DNA of 64,000 bases, from contig JAOZFG010000028.1 in the NCBI GenBank assembly GCA_027491435.1, positions 27,955 to 91,954 of the forward strand. Direction: 5' to 3'. Origin of the DNA: Thermoproteota archaeon. GTDB taxonomy: Archaea > Korarchaeota > Korarchaeia > Korarchaeales > Korarchaeaceae. The notes under the pieces were generated by a model. The model was not told where the DNA came from. It saw only the letters and a list, made by a program, of their open reading frames with translations, and made no database searches. This document shows, in pieces, positions 48,541-57,015 of this stretch (within the stretch, counting starts at the first letter, position 1; the number at the start of each line of letters is the position of its first letter). The translations under genes were made by a program, and so were the position numbers.

Positions 48541-49209
48541 CTGGGTAAAGTACTACACATAGTTCCCGCCTCGAAACAGTACGCTGATATCGTGATGTTC
48601 GGTGTCAACTTAATGCCCATACATGGTCTAGCGGTGATATCTAGGGAGGAAAACCTTTTACTGGCTAAGGCTCAGGCTGACCTAGTATCGTCCCTGCTGG
48701 GCTTAAAGGTCATAGTTAAGACCTTGAAGAAGGCTGACGCTGTTAGCTTCGCAAAGTCCCTAAGTGAGCTCATATCCGAGCTGAGAGAATTCGATGAGTT
48801 GGTTATGAATCTGGGGGCTGCTGATAAGGAGTTGTCCGTCTCGGCTGTCGTCGTCGCGACCGTTTTAGGTATAAAAACTTTTAACGTGAAGGACGGAAAC
48901 GTGAGCTTCCTACCCACAATGGGCGTCCCCTTGCTCTCTATAATAAGTGATGAAAAGGTATTCATCGTAGAAACGCTCTACGATCTGGGCGGCAAGGTTT
49001 CGAAGCTCGAAATCCTGGCGAACAAAATGGGGATAAGTCGGGCCCTCTTGAGCTATCACATCAACGGATCGGCCAGAACCCCTGGCCTAGTTCAGCTAGG
49101 GCTGGTCGGCATAAAGAGGAAGGGGAGGAGCTCCATAGTGGAGCTCACGGATGTGGGAAGAATTTTTGCGTTGGCGTCCAAGATAAAGAAATTAATGAAG
49201 AACCCTTAG
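48541..49209 (+). CDS. CARF-like (Csa3/DUF6293-type) wHTH transcriptional regulator, probable CTG start
   Basis: Rossmann-like N-domain (KVLHIVP; VMNLGAADKELSVSA) plus wHTH (LANKMGISRALLSYHING...GLVQLGLV...VELTDVG). The frame is open back to CTG 48541. Confidence 0.7.
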   Translation: MGKVLHIVPASKQYADIVMFGVNLMPIHGLAVISREENLLLAKAQADLVSSLLGLKVIVKTLKKADAVSFAKSLSELISELREFDELVMNLGAADKELSVSAVVVATVLGIKTFNVKDGNVSFLPTMGVPLLSIISDEKVFIVETLYDLGGKVSKLEILANKMGISRALLSYHINGSARTPGLVQLGLVGIKRKGRSSIVELTDVGRIFALASKIKKLMKNP

Positions 49210-50070
49210 CAGCCCGTCAAGAGCTATTCCTAGAAATACAGCTCCCTCTATCGGACTGGCCGCCTTGTACATCCTCCTTGCACCCTCTATCGTCGGATTT
49301 CTAGAGTACTTCACGGCCTTGTACAGAAGAGCAGCCGTTGGAGGTACGGCTAGCAGCCCATAAATTGGTCCGAAGGGTCCGACCACCATTAGAAGAACCT
49401 CGGAAGCTATCATCACCAGCACCGAGAGGGCTATGACTTTGGCAGTCCTTTCAACACCTATGACCACGGGCAACATGGGCACTCCGGCCCTGCGGTAGTC
49501 CTCCAGGAAGTAGATCGAGATGTACCATATGTGGGAGGGTATCCACGCTATTGTTATGAGCATTATAAGGACGGCCGCCAGGTCTACCTTTCCCGTAGCT
49601 GCAGTCCATCCAGCTAGAGAGGGAGCTGCTCCAGCAACTCCCCCGAAAACTATAGAGAGGGGCGTCCTCCTCTTGGTCCAGAGGGTGTAGACGATCAGGT
49701 CAAAGATAACTCCAAGGGAGGTGGCCACGGCGGTAAGCAGGTTAATCTTGTAAGCTAGCAACACTCCTAGGGAGAATAGAAAGAAGCCGAACAGCAAGGC
49801 TTCGATCCTGCTGACCTTTCCAGAGGGGACGGGCCTCTCCTTAGTCCTGCTCATTAGCTCATCTATGTCTGCGTCCAAGGCCATGTTCACGGCGGTTGTA
49901 CCTGATATTGACAGGACCATTGCGGCCACTAATACTAGGAGCACGTCTGGATCCAGGGATCCTGACCCAAGGTAGGTGAATACCGAGGTTAGGAGGAGCA
50001 AGAACGTCTGCTTCGGCTTAGTCAAACATAGAAAGCTTGTTAACTTGTCCTTTAACTCCACCTTCTGCAT
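49192..50070 (-). CDS. cyoE: Protoheme IX farnesyltransferase (heme O synthase)
   Basis: LTKPKQTFLL, NMALDADIDELMSRTKERP, YTLWTKRRT, GGVAGAAP and WIPSH...DYRRAGVPMLPV. ATG 50070. Confidence 0.92.
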   Translation of the reverse strand: MQKVELKDKLTSFLCLTKPKQTFLLLLTSVFTYLGSGSLDPDVLLVLVAAMVLSISGTTAVNMALDADIDELMSRTKERPVPSGKVSRIEALLFGFFLFSLGVLLAYKINLLTAVATSLGVIFDLIVYTLWTKRRTPLSIVFGGVAGAAPSLAGWTAATGKVDLAAVLIMLITIAWIPSHIWYISIYFLEDYRRAGVPMLPVVIGVERTAKVIALSVLVMIASEVLLMVVGPFGPIYGLLAVPPTAALLYKAVKYSRNPTIEGARRMYKAASPIEGAVFLGIALDGLLRVLH

Positions 50071-50074
50071 GTCC

Positions 50075-51097
50075 TCACCTCTTGAACGTGTAGAGCTCCA
50101 TGTACTCAAGGTGAATCCATTTCTTGCCATCGAACGCTAAGTTGCCCCTGGCCACTAGGCCCTTGAACGGTATTAAGGGATTGACGAAGTCTATAACCTT
50201 CATGCCGACGACCCTCCACTTCATGTCATACATGTACTTGTCCAGCTCTATCACCTTTATCCTCCTCCCTCCTGGCAGAGTCCAGTCGTATGGACCAGTC
50301 TTCACTAGTACGTACACGTAGCCTTGTTTGGTCAGCTTGCTTGGACACTCGCTTGTCGAGTTTAGCAACCCATCCTTGAACACCGCAACTCGGCACTCCT
50401 TGACCCTCCCCAGGCCGTCAACTAGCTGCCAAGAGAATATAGTCCAATTCACTCCGAAGATCATCTCCTGCCTCCTAGTGGACACGTTGAAGTAGGTCAT
50501 GTTCCCCTCGGTGTAATAGTTCAGGACCCTCATGTCGAATTGTCCGAGTGTCCTAGTTTTGTATTTGCCAGTTATGTTGTCGTAAGAGAAGGTCTCCAAC
50601 TCGTAAACTGCCAAGCTGTTCTTAGAAAAGGTGACGGGGTAGCCGACCTTGTTGTAGAGCCTTGTCACCTCCAGTGACCATATGAAGAAGGCGTCAACGG
50701 CCATGTAAGTCTCCTTCCTGGTGTTTCCAGCTATAGTTATGACTTCCCTGTTGCCCTCCCAGACTACTATGACGAAGCTTCCCTTCACGCTCTCAAGGGT
50801 CGTCTTGTTGCCTGGTGGGAGGTACATTGAGGATATATTGCCCATTCCCCCGTAGGCCTTGTGGCCGCCTAGCAGGAAGATGACGTCTTCGGACTTAAGG
50901 GCCTTCTCGAACTCGTCGGGGGAGTATGAGGTAGCGTTAATTCCGCTCGCTTTAAGTATGTTCTTGAGCTTTATAGCCGCCTTCTCATCCTCCTTATTGT
51001 GAACTATCCCCACTTTCAGCTGACTTTTTTCTACCGAGCCCGTATAAGGTAGAAGTAAGAGCAATAAGAGGATAAGCGTGAGGAGCCTGATCTTCAT
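50075..51097 (-). CDS. Secreted protein with S-layer/cell-wall-binding-like domain
   Basis: Signal peptide, VIFLLGGHKAY...VITIAGNTRKET motif and many N-glycosylation sequons. Confidence 0.65.
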   Translation of the reverse strand: MKIRLLTLILLLLLLLPYTGSVEKSQLKVGIVHNKEDEKAAIKLKNILKASGINATSYSPDEFEKALKSEDVIFLLGGHKAYGGMGNISSMYLPPGNKTTLESVKGSFVIVVWEGNREVITIAGNTRKETYMAVDAFFIWSLEVTRLYNKVGYPVTFSKNSLAVYELETFSYDNITGKYKTRTLGQFDMRVLNYYTEGNMTYFNVSTRRQEMIFGVNWTIFSWQLVDGLGRVKECRVAVFKDGLLNSTSECPSKLTKQGYVYVLVKTGPYDWTLPGGRRIKVIELDKYMYDMKWRVVGMKVIDFVNPLIPFKGLVARGNLAFDGKKWIHLEYMELYTFKR

Positions 51098-51132
51098 CGC
51101 TGCTTAAACTACCAACGATATTTAAAGGTCCC

Positions 51133-51927
51133 CTAACCCAGGGCCACCACTTCCACAGTGCAGCAGTCAGGATCAAACCCGCAGGGGTCTTCCTTGGAGA
51201 CCACGTGCTTCCCCCAGAAGGCAGCTATCAAGCCTGAGATTATGCCCCTGGTGAAGTGACAGGCTGGCCTGCCCACGCTGCTGGCCTCGAATATTCCCTC
51301 CAGCCTAATGACCACCTTCTTCCCGTGCTGATACTCTACAACCTTGTACCCCCTCAGCCAACCCTGGGCCCTAATTAAAGACAGGAAAGCCTCCAGCAGC
51401 TCCCTTTTCGGCCCTACCACCTTAGACCAATAGTCCTTATAGGCTTGGACGCCCACCTGATATCCAACGTGGTATAGAAAGGCCTCTCCAGTGGGACCAA
51501 ACGTTTCTCTGGCCTTAACCGCCACGTTTTTCATGAAACTCTTGGAGACCAGGAGGCTTTCGCTCCTAGCGCTCTCAAAAGTTACGTGAAAGCCAGATAT
51601 CACCATCCTACCGTACTCCAGGTGGGATTCGCTTAACCTGATTCCCATGGACTCGGCCAAGTTGGTAAAGTCTTCTAGGGCCTTTCTACCACTGAATACC
51701 GGTAAAGCCAAGGCTTCAACCCCTGATTCGTTTGAAGAAGCCATAATTCCCTTTATCTCAACCCCCTTTAATTTAAGCAGCCTATTGAGGAACTCGGCCA
51801 GCTCAGAAACGTCCCTAAAGATCATGTGGTAGAATCCGGTTATTTTATTTTGCTCCTTGATCGTAGCCACGGGGACTTTGAGCTTCACCTCCCTATTTTT
51901 GGGCTCAGCGATCAACTTTCTCTTCAC
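51133..51927 (-). CDS. V4R-domain protein with N-terminal ACT-like domain
   Basis: AFLYHVGYQVG, AQGW, FE...CHFTRGIISG and EDPC...CCTVEV. Confidence 0.82.
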   Translation of the reverse strand: MKRKLIAEPKNREVKLKVPVATIKEQNKITGFYHMIFRDVSELAEFLNRLLKLKGVEIKGIMASSNESGVEALALPVFSGRKALEDFTNLAESMGIRLSESHLEYGRMVISGFHVTFESARSESLLVSKSFMKNVAVKARETFGPTGEAFLYHVGYQVGVQAYKDYWSKVVGPKRELLEAFLSLIRAQGWLRGYKVVEYQHGKKVVIRLEGIFEASSVGRPACHFTRGIISGLIAAFWGKHVVSKEDPCGFDPDCCTVEVVALG

Positions 51928-52064
51928 CCTTCGGTGATCACCTCCAACATCATCGCCTGTTTATAGGGCAGCACTCCCTTAAAGATGTTACTATTACGTG
52001 CGTATACTAAACCTAAAATAACGGCTATGGGAACGATATGCGTACCACAACCCTGAAGAGTTCG

Positions 52065-52946
52065 TTATACATCCAGGACCTCCAGCTTCACAGATGTTGC
52101 TAATATGTCTATAAGTTCAGATAAACTTGACGGCATAATTAAGGCCCCAGCTGCGTTTTCATGTCCACCTCCGCCGAACCTCTTGGCTAGCTCCAGAGCG
52201 GATATTGGGGAGTTACCCCTGCTCCTTATCGAAAGCCTGTACTTGCCGTCCCTCCCCTGGGTCACTGTAACGAGAATCAAGTACTTCTTTGCTGGAAGCT
52301 GGATCACCGGCACTAGATAGGCGGGGAGTCCTTTAACCATCAAGACTATGCCCTCGCCCCCTTCGAGCTTAGTTATCCTCTCCAGGGCCTCCCCGTATTC
52401 CCTCTCTATCAGGGCCGCCTCACTCCTTATAGTCCTCATGGCCAGTAAGTCCTCCTCTCTGGTGGGTCTAACCTTGAGCAGCTCATAGGCCACCCTATTC
52501 AGCTTTGAACGATCCTCTTTGAAGTACTTCCTGAGGACAGCTGTGAACAGGGCGCCCGGGTAGTTTATCCTGCCCGTGTCCAGGTCGTCGACCAGGCTTA
52601 CTGTGTTGGCGTATTCCTCGAGGGAAGGCTCCTCCTCCAAGAGGATTTCGTAGAGTAGCCTGGCTGTTGACGGGTACTCAGGCCTTATAATGGGTATCTC
52701 CGCCCTATAAGCGAGTTCCAAGTTTGATTCATGGTGATCAACCAAGAGGTGAGTTCCTCCCTGTGTGGGAGGCAGGTCCAGGGTAACGTCGAATCGCTCC
52801 TGGGATACCTTGGATTCGTAGGGTGCCATGAACCTCAGCCTGGCCTCTTCGACCACTGCCAGCACTAGAGAGGCCGAGAACAGTCCGTCGAGATCTTCTC
52901 CATGTGAAAGAACCCTCGCATCACCTTTCTGGAGGAACTCCAGCAT
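52065..52946 (-). CDS. DHH/DHHA1-family phosphoesterase
   Basis: SHGEDLDG, LVDHH, STA, SIRS and FGGGGHENAAG. The likely start is ATG 52946, downstream of a TTTTATA box at 52981-52987. Confidence 0.85.
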   Translation of the reverse strand: MLEFLQKGDARVLSHGEDLDGLFSASLVLAVVEEARLRFMAPYESKVSQERFDVTLDLPPTQGGTHLLVDHHESNLELAYRAEIPIIRPEYPSTARLLYEILLEEEPSLEEYANTVSLVDDLDTGRINYPGALFTAVLRKYFKEDRSKLNRVAYELLKVRPTREEDLLAMRTIRSEAALIEREYGEALERITKLEGGEGIVLMVKGLPAYLVPVIQLPAKKYLILVTVTQGRDGKYRLSIRSRGNSPISALELAKRFGGGGHENAAGALIMPSSLSELIDILATSVKLEVLDV

Positions 52947-52996
52947 CCTCCTACGCTCCCCGACAACGAGGTGTTCAGGATATAAAACGTTAATTT

Positions 52997-53158
52997 GGAG
53001 GTGCCAGATGGTACTTAAACCCATTTTCCACGGCTGGCTGTAGGATGCCTGAGGCACACTAGCCTAGTAGGGAATTCCGGAAGCTGCTAAGGTCGACAAC
53101 TAAAGGGGTTTATCCAGTCCTTTAGCCCGGAGTCGTTGGAGCCGCCGCCATTACCTCC
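52997..53158. ncRNA. Candidate structured non-coding RNA (family unknown)
   Basis: Nested complementary segments close the element and enclose internal hairpins (see findings). Strand and expression are unknown. Confidence 0.3.
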
Positions 53159-53215
53159 TGAGCGGGCACTTTCCCACCAGAAAAATTTATCACACTTCAC
53201 TGAGGGGATCGAGAG

Positions 53216-53656
53216 ATGGGGAGGAAGGTCCTGGCCGCGGGCACGTTCGACATCATACATTCCGGACACGTGAGGATGCTTTGGGACGCCAAAAAGCTGG
53301 CTGGAGATGATGGGGAGCTCGTAGTGGTGGTCGCTAGGGACGAGAACGTCAGGAAGTTCAAGGGCAGGGATCCAATAGTCCCTCAGGAGAAGAGGCTTTA
53401 CTTAGTGAGTAATTTGAAGCCCGTGGACAGGGCCGTCCTAGGTAAGGAGAACCCCCTAGATTCCATAGTGGAGGAGAGGCCCGACGTAATAGCCCTGGGA
53501 TACGATCAATGGGCTGAGGAGAAGTGGCTCAAGGAAGAGTTGAGGAAAAGAGGGCTCGAAGTCGAGGTCGTCAGGCTCCCCAAGTACGGGAACCAATCGA
53601 CCAGCGGAATAGTAAGTAGGATAGTGGAGATGTTCTGTCATGACTCGAAGGAGTAG
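53216..53656 (+). CDS. ribL: FAD synthetase (archaeal cytidylyltransferase family)
   Basis: AAGTFDIIHSGH, VVVARD, PDVIALGYDQ and STSGI. Confidence 0.85.
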   Translation: MGRKVLAAGTFDIIHSGHVRMLWDAKKLAGDDGELVVVVARDENVRKFKGRDPIVPQEKRLYLVSNLKPVDRAVLGKENPLDSIVEERPDVIALGYDQWAEEKWLKEELRKRGLEVEVVRLPKYGNQSTSGIVSRIVEMFCHDSKE

Positions 53657-54891
53657 ATGCCAGACCTGACCACCTCTATTTCATCGAACGAAACAGAGCT
53701 GTCTCCGTCCAGGTCGGCCCACCTGATAACGGCGTAGCTGAGCTCGTTTAGGTAACCTGCGTGGAGCATCAACGAAGCTGCGAAGGTCCCGTACCTGGTG
53801 AGCCCCTGCACCGCTATCACAACCCTGCCCTCGTAACCGGCGGCCACCACCAGGGCGTAGTCCAGCTTCCCGTACTCCACCTCAGCGTTCAAGGTGTAGT
53901 CCAACACCCTTATCTTGCCCTTGCCTCCTTTGTTTAGCACGGTGATCCCCAACCTCTGGTTGAGCTCCCTGACGAACTTGTTAGCTTGAGGTCCTCCCAA
54001 GAGGACAAGCCTGCCTTGAGGTAGAGAGCTAACCCCTCCCAACCTTAATTTTTGGCCTATGTCAAAGATCTGAGCGGATATTACGTCATCTTCCCTGAAT
54101 ATAACGGATTCGCTCCCGTTTAGGGCTAGGTAGTAGGCCACCTTGACTAAGAACTTCTTGGAGAAGGTCCTTCCCCCCACGCTGACCGAGACCGTCCACA
54201 CTCCGGGCTCGTTGAACGTCGTCGACAAGGAGAACCTGCCCCCTGACACTGGAACGTCCACCTCTCTCTCCTCCCCAGATGGCGATGTGAACACTAGGGT
54301 CAGGTTGGAGACCTTGCCCCCTGTTACCGTGCCCCCTATCAAGGTCTCCATGCCCGTGTAGGTTGATTTGACCTCCAAGTTTACCTTGACGTCCTTCTGT
54401 CTAGCGGCCTCTTTTATCAGCCTAATCTGAAGGTTAAGGTCAGTTCCTACAACCTTTGCGTAGACGTTGCCTTGGGGGTCTATTATCACGACGGTGGGAG
54501 TGTACCTGATCCCAAGCCTGAAGACTAAGTCCCAGGGCTCCGGAGACAGGTACCAGTTCGAGGGCGGGTTCAGGTTCCTGAAGAAGTCAGCGTCCATCTC
54601 AACCATCGAGTCGGGGTCTTTGTAGTTGGATATCATTGCGACAAGCCCCACGTACCTGTCAGAGCTTAGATCCGGATCAGAGCGCCAGGCCGATGCAAGC
54701 TCGGGCATGTGCTTCCTGCAGGCCCCGCAGTAGACGCTGGCAAACATGACCACCACTACCTTCCCCCTGAAGTTGGACAGCTTGAAGGTCCCTCCTCCGT
54801 AGAGGGGAGCTGTAAAGTCCATTGCCGTGACGCGCAGTGAGGGAAACACCAATAGGGCAGACAGTAGCAACGCGAGCCCCTTAACTTTCAT
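53638..54891 (-). CDS. Secreted TlpA/thioredoxin-domain protein with Ig-like and S-layer-like domains
   Basis: Signal peptide, DFTAP...FRGKVVVVMFASVYCGAC, cis-Pro YTP, a beta-rich middle and LVLLGGPQAN...QGLTRYGT. Confidence 0.78.
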   Translation of the reverse strand: MKVKGLALLLSALLVFPSLRVTAMDFTAPLYGGGTFKLSNFRGKVVVVMFASVYCGACRKHMPELASAWRSDPDLSSDRYVGLVAMISNYKDPDSMVEMDADFFRNLNPPSNWYLSPEPWDLVFRLGIRYTPTVVIIDPQGNVYAKVVGTDLNLQIRLIKEAARQKDVKVNLEVKSTYTGMETLIGGTVTGGKVSNLTLVFTSPSGEEREVDVPVSGGRFSLSTTFNEPGVWTVSVSVGGRTFSKKFLVKVAYYLALNGSESVIFREDDVISAQIFDIGQKLRLGGVSSLPQGRLVLLGGPQANKFVRELNQRLGITVLNKGGKGKIRVLDYTLNAEVEYGKLDYALVVAAGYEGRVVIAVQGLTRYGTFAASLMLHAGYLNELSYAVIRWADLDGDSSVSFDEIEVVRSGIYSFES

Positions 54892-55044
54892 AGGAAACCC
54901 TCCGAGACTCTCCTTAAATGCTTTACGAGAATTGGCGTTAAAAAGGAAATCGTCATCGGCCTGACTAAACTTCGTAACCTTAATTAGTTTAACTAGAGTT
55001 ATTGAACTCCAAGTGGGGGTTACTGCAGGCCACGTTGGGTAAAA

Positions 55045-55060
55045 CGCTTATATACAAGCG
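55045..55060 (+). promoter_or_regulatory. his operon TATA box embedded in an inverted repeat
   Basis: CGCTT-ATATAC-AAGCG preceded by AAAA (BRE-like), about 30-45 nt upstream of hisG. Confidence 0.55.
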
Positions 55061-55091
55061 ATGGGGGGCGACCCGGTGAATGCCATGACCG

Positions 55092-56063
55092 GTGATCTGG
55101 TTCACTGTTAGGATGGCCATTCCCAAGGGCTCCTTGGAGGAGGATACCTTCTCCTTCTTGAGGCAGTCCGGAATCAACGTATACGGTGCCAGCAGGTCTT
55201 ACAGGCCCAGAGTTGACTACAAAGGGTTGAGCGTCAAGATCCTCAGGCCTCAGGAGATCCCGGTATTAGTTCAGGAGGGAACTTACGACCTGGGCATCTC
55301 GGGCAGGGATTGGGTCAGGGAGAACAGGGCTGACGTGGAGGTCTTACTGGACCTGGAGTACGGGAAGGTCAGGCTTGTTTTGGCAGCCCCAATAAACTCC
55401 GACATAAAGTCCTTTGAGGATCTGGTGGAGCTCTCAAGGGAAAGGCCCGTCAGGATATCCACAGAATACCTTAACCTAGCGTCAGACTGGATAACCTCCA
55501 AGGAGAGTTACAGGAAGGTTTACGATGAGCCCCCAACGCTAATCACGCCCTGGTACAGGGTTAAGGGCAACGACAGGTTTAAGCTAATCCTATCGTTCGG
55601 GGCCACCGAAGCTAAGCCCCCCGAGGATGCAGACGCAATCATAGACAACACGGCCACCGGCACCACCTTGGCTAGGAATGGCCTGGGGATAATAGAGGAG
55701 ATATGCGAGAGCAGCGCCGTCCTAATAGCAAATAAGAACTCTTTAAAAGATCCTGAGAAGGTCGAGATCATCAAGGACGTGTACGCCCTGTTCAGGGGGG
55801 TTGTATTCGCTAGGAAGAACGTGCATGTCTTTATGAACGTGAAGGAGGAGAACCTTCAGGAGCTGATAAGCATTTTGCCAGCTCTAAAAGGCCCTACAGT
55901 ATCCCCCCTGTCCAAGGAGGGGTGGTATGCTGTCAACACGGTCATAGAGAAGGGTAAGCTCCTGGAGCTCATGCCAAAGCTCAGGAGACTGGCTCAGGGC
56001 CTTGTGGTGACGGATCCAAGGCAGGTCCTCCTGCTAGAGGACGTGGACGAGCTCGTCAGGTGA
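55092..56063 (+). CDS. hisG: ATP phosphoribosyltransferase (long form)
   Basis: MAIPKGSL, LRPQEIP, DLGISGRDW, SFGATEAKPPEDADAIID and the C-terminal regulatory domain PALKGPTVSPL. Confidence 0.95.
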   Translation: MIWFTVRMAIPKGSLEEDTFSFLRQSGINVYGASRSYRPRVDYKGLSVKILRPQEIPVLVQEGTYDLGISGRDWVRENRADVEVLLDLEYGKVRLVLAAPINSDIKSFEDLVELSRERPVRISTEYLNLASDWITSKESYRKVYDEPPTLITPWYRVKGNDRFKLILSFGATEAKPPEDADAIIDNTATGTTLARNGLGIIEEICESSAVLIANKNSLKDPEKVEIIKDVYALFRGVVFARKNVHVFMNVKEENLQELISILPALKGPTVSPLSKEGWYAVNTVIEKGKLLELMPKLRRLAQGLVVTDPRQVLLLEDVDELVR

Positions 56064-56067
56064 TCTC

Positions 56068-57015
56068 ATGGAGCTCATACCCCAACAGTCCACTGGAGAG
56101 AGGCTCTTCTATAACGAAAATCTTTTTCTACCTAGTGAATATTATGAAGAATTAATAAGAGCTATCACCCAGAAGCAGATAAGATTTTACCCAGATCCCT
56201 GGAACTCCAGGCTCGCCTCGGCCATCGCCGAGTTCCTGTCCCTGGAGCGGGAAAAGGTGCTCGTGGGCGCTGGCGCGGATGACCTGTTGAGGCTACTCAT
56301 AGGGCAAGCTGATGTAGTTGGGATAGTGGAGCCCTCCTACTCCATGTACGAGTTCCTGGCCAAGTCAATGGGTAAGGAGGTCAGAGCCGTCAGGTACCCG
56401 GAGGTGGGCGGCCTCAAGGGAGCTGACCTCATAGTGGTCAACTCCCCCAACAACCCGACAGGCCTCATGTACCCCGAAGGCTACCTGGAGGAACTGATGA
56501 GCCTAGGCACGGTTCTCCTCGACGAGGCCTACGTGGAGTTCTCTGGAGAGGAAGGTTACGTTAAGAGGGCCGGGGATGGCCTTATAGTGGTGAGGACCTT
56601 CTCAAAGGCTTGGGGGTTAGCAGGCCTTAGAGTAGGATACGCTGTGATGGATGAGGGGCTGATCAGGGAGCTCAAGGCCAGGGCCCTGCCATATCAGGTG
56701 TCGGGGGTCTCGGAGGCCATGGCCTTAAAGGCCTTAACGCTCCACAAGTTCGTCGAGGAGGCCGTCAGGGAGATGAACTCTGTTAAGGAGTGGTTTTACG
56801 GTGAGCTGGATCGCCTGGGGGTTCCCTACCTGAGGTCATGGACTAACTTCGTCTTTCTGCCCCTCAACAACTACAGGGACGCCTGGAGGCTCCTGAAGGA
56901 GAGGGGGTACCAGGTAAGGCTGGTAGAGAGGCCGGGGGCCAGAGGAATCAGGGTCACCTTAGCTCCAATCCCGGTGATGGAGGGGGTGGTGAGGGCCTTG
57001 GGTGAGATCTCATGA
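56068..57015 (+). CDS. hisC: Histidinol-phosphate aminotransferase
   Basis: NEN, YPD, GADD, NSPNNPTG, LDEAYVEF and RTFSKAWGLAGLRVGY. Confidence 0.92.
   Translation: MELIPQQSTGERLFYNENLFLPSEYYEELIRAITQKQIRFYPDPWNSRLASAIAEFLSLEREKVLVGAGADDLLRLLIGQADVVGIVEPSYSMYEFLAKSMGKEVRAVRYPEVGGLKGADLIVVNSPNNPTGLMYPEGYLEELMSLGTVLLDEAYVEFSGEEGYVKRAGDGLIVVRTFSKAWGLAGLRVGYAVMDEGLIRELKARALPYQVSGVSEAMALKALTLHKFVEEAVREMNSVKEWFYGELDRLGVPYLRSWTNFVFLPLNNYRDAWRLLKERGYQVRLVERPGARGIRVTLAPIPVMEGVVRALGEIS

Noticed and set aside
52947-53057. N-terminal extension of the DHH ORF in the ORF track
   Set aside because: It runs through a TATA box and non-coding-like sequence; ATG 52946 is the more plausible start.
52997-53215. 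FMN riboswitch upstream of ribL
   Set aside because: Only an ATTCCGG fragment resembles it, the other conserved RFN blocks are missing, and ribL has its own proximal TATA. Kept only as an unclassified structured-RNA candidate.
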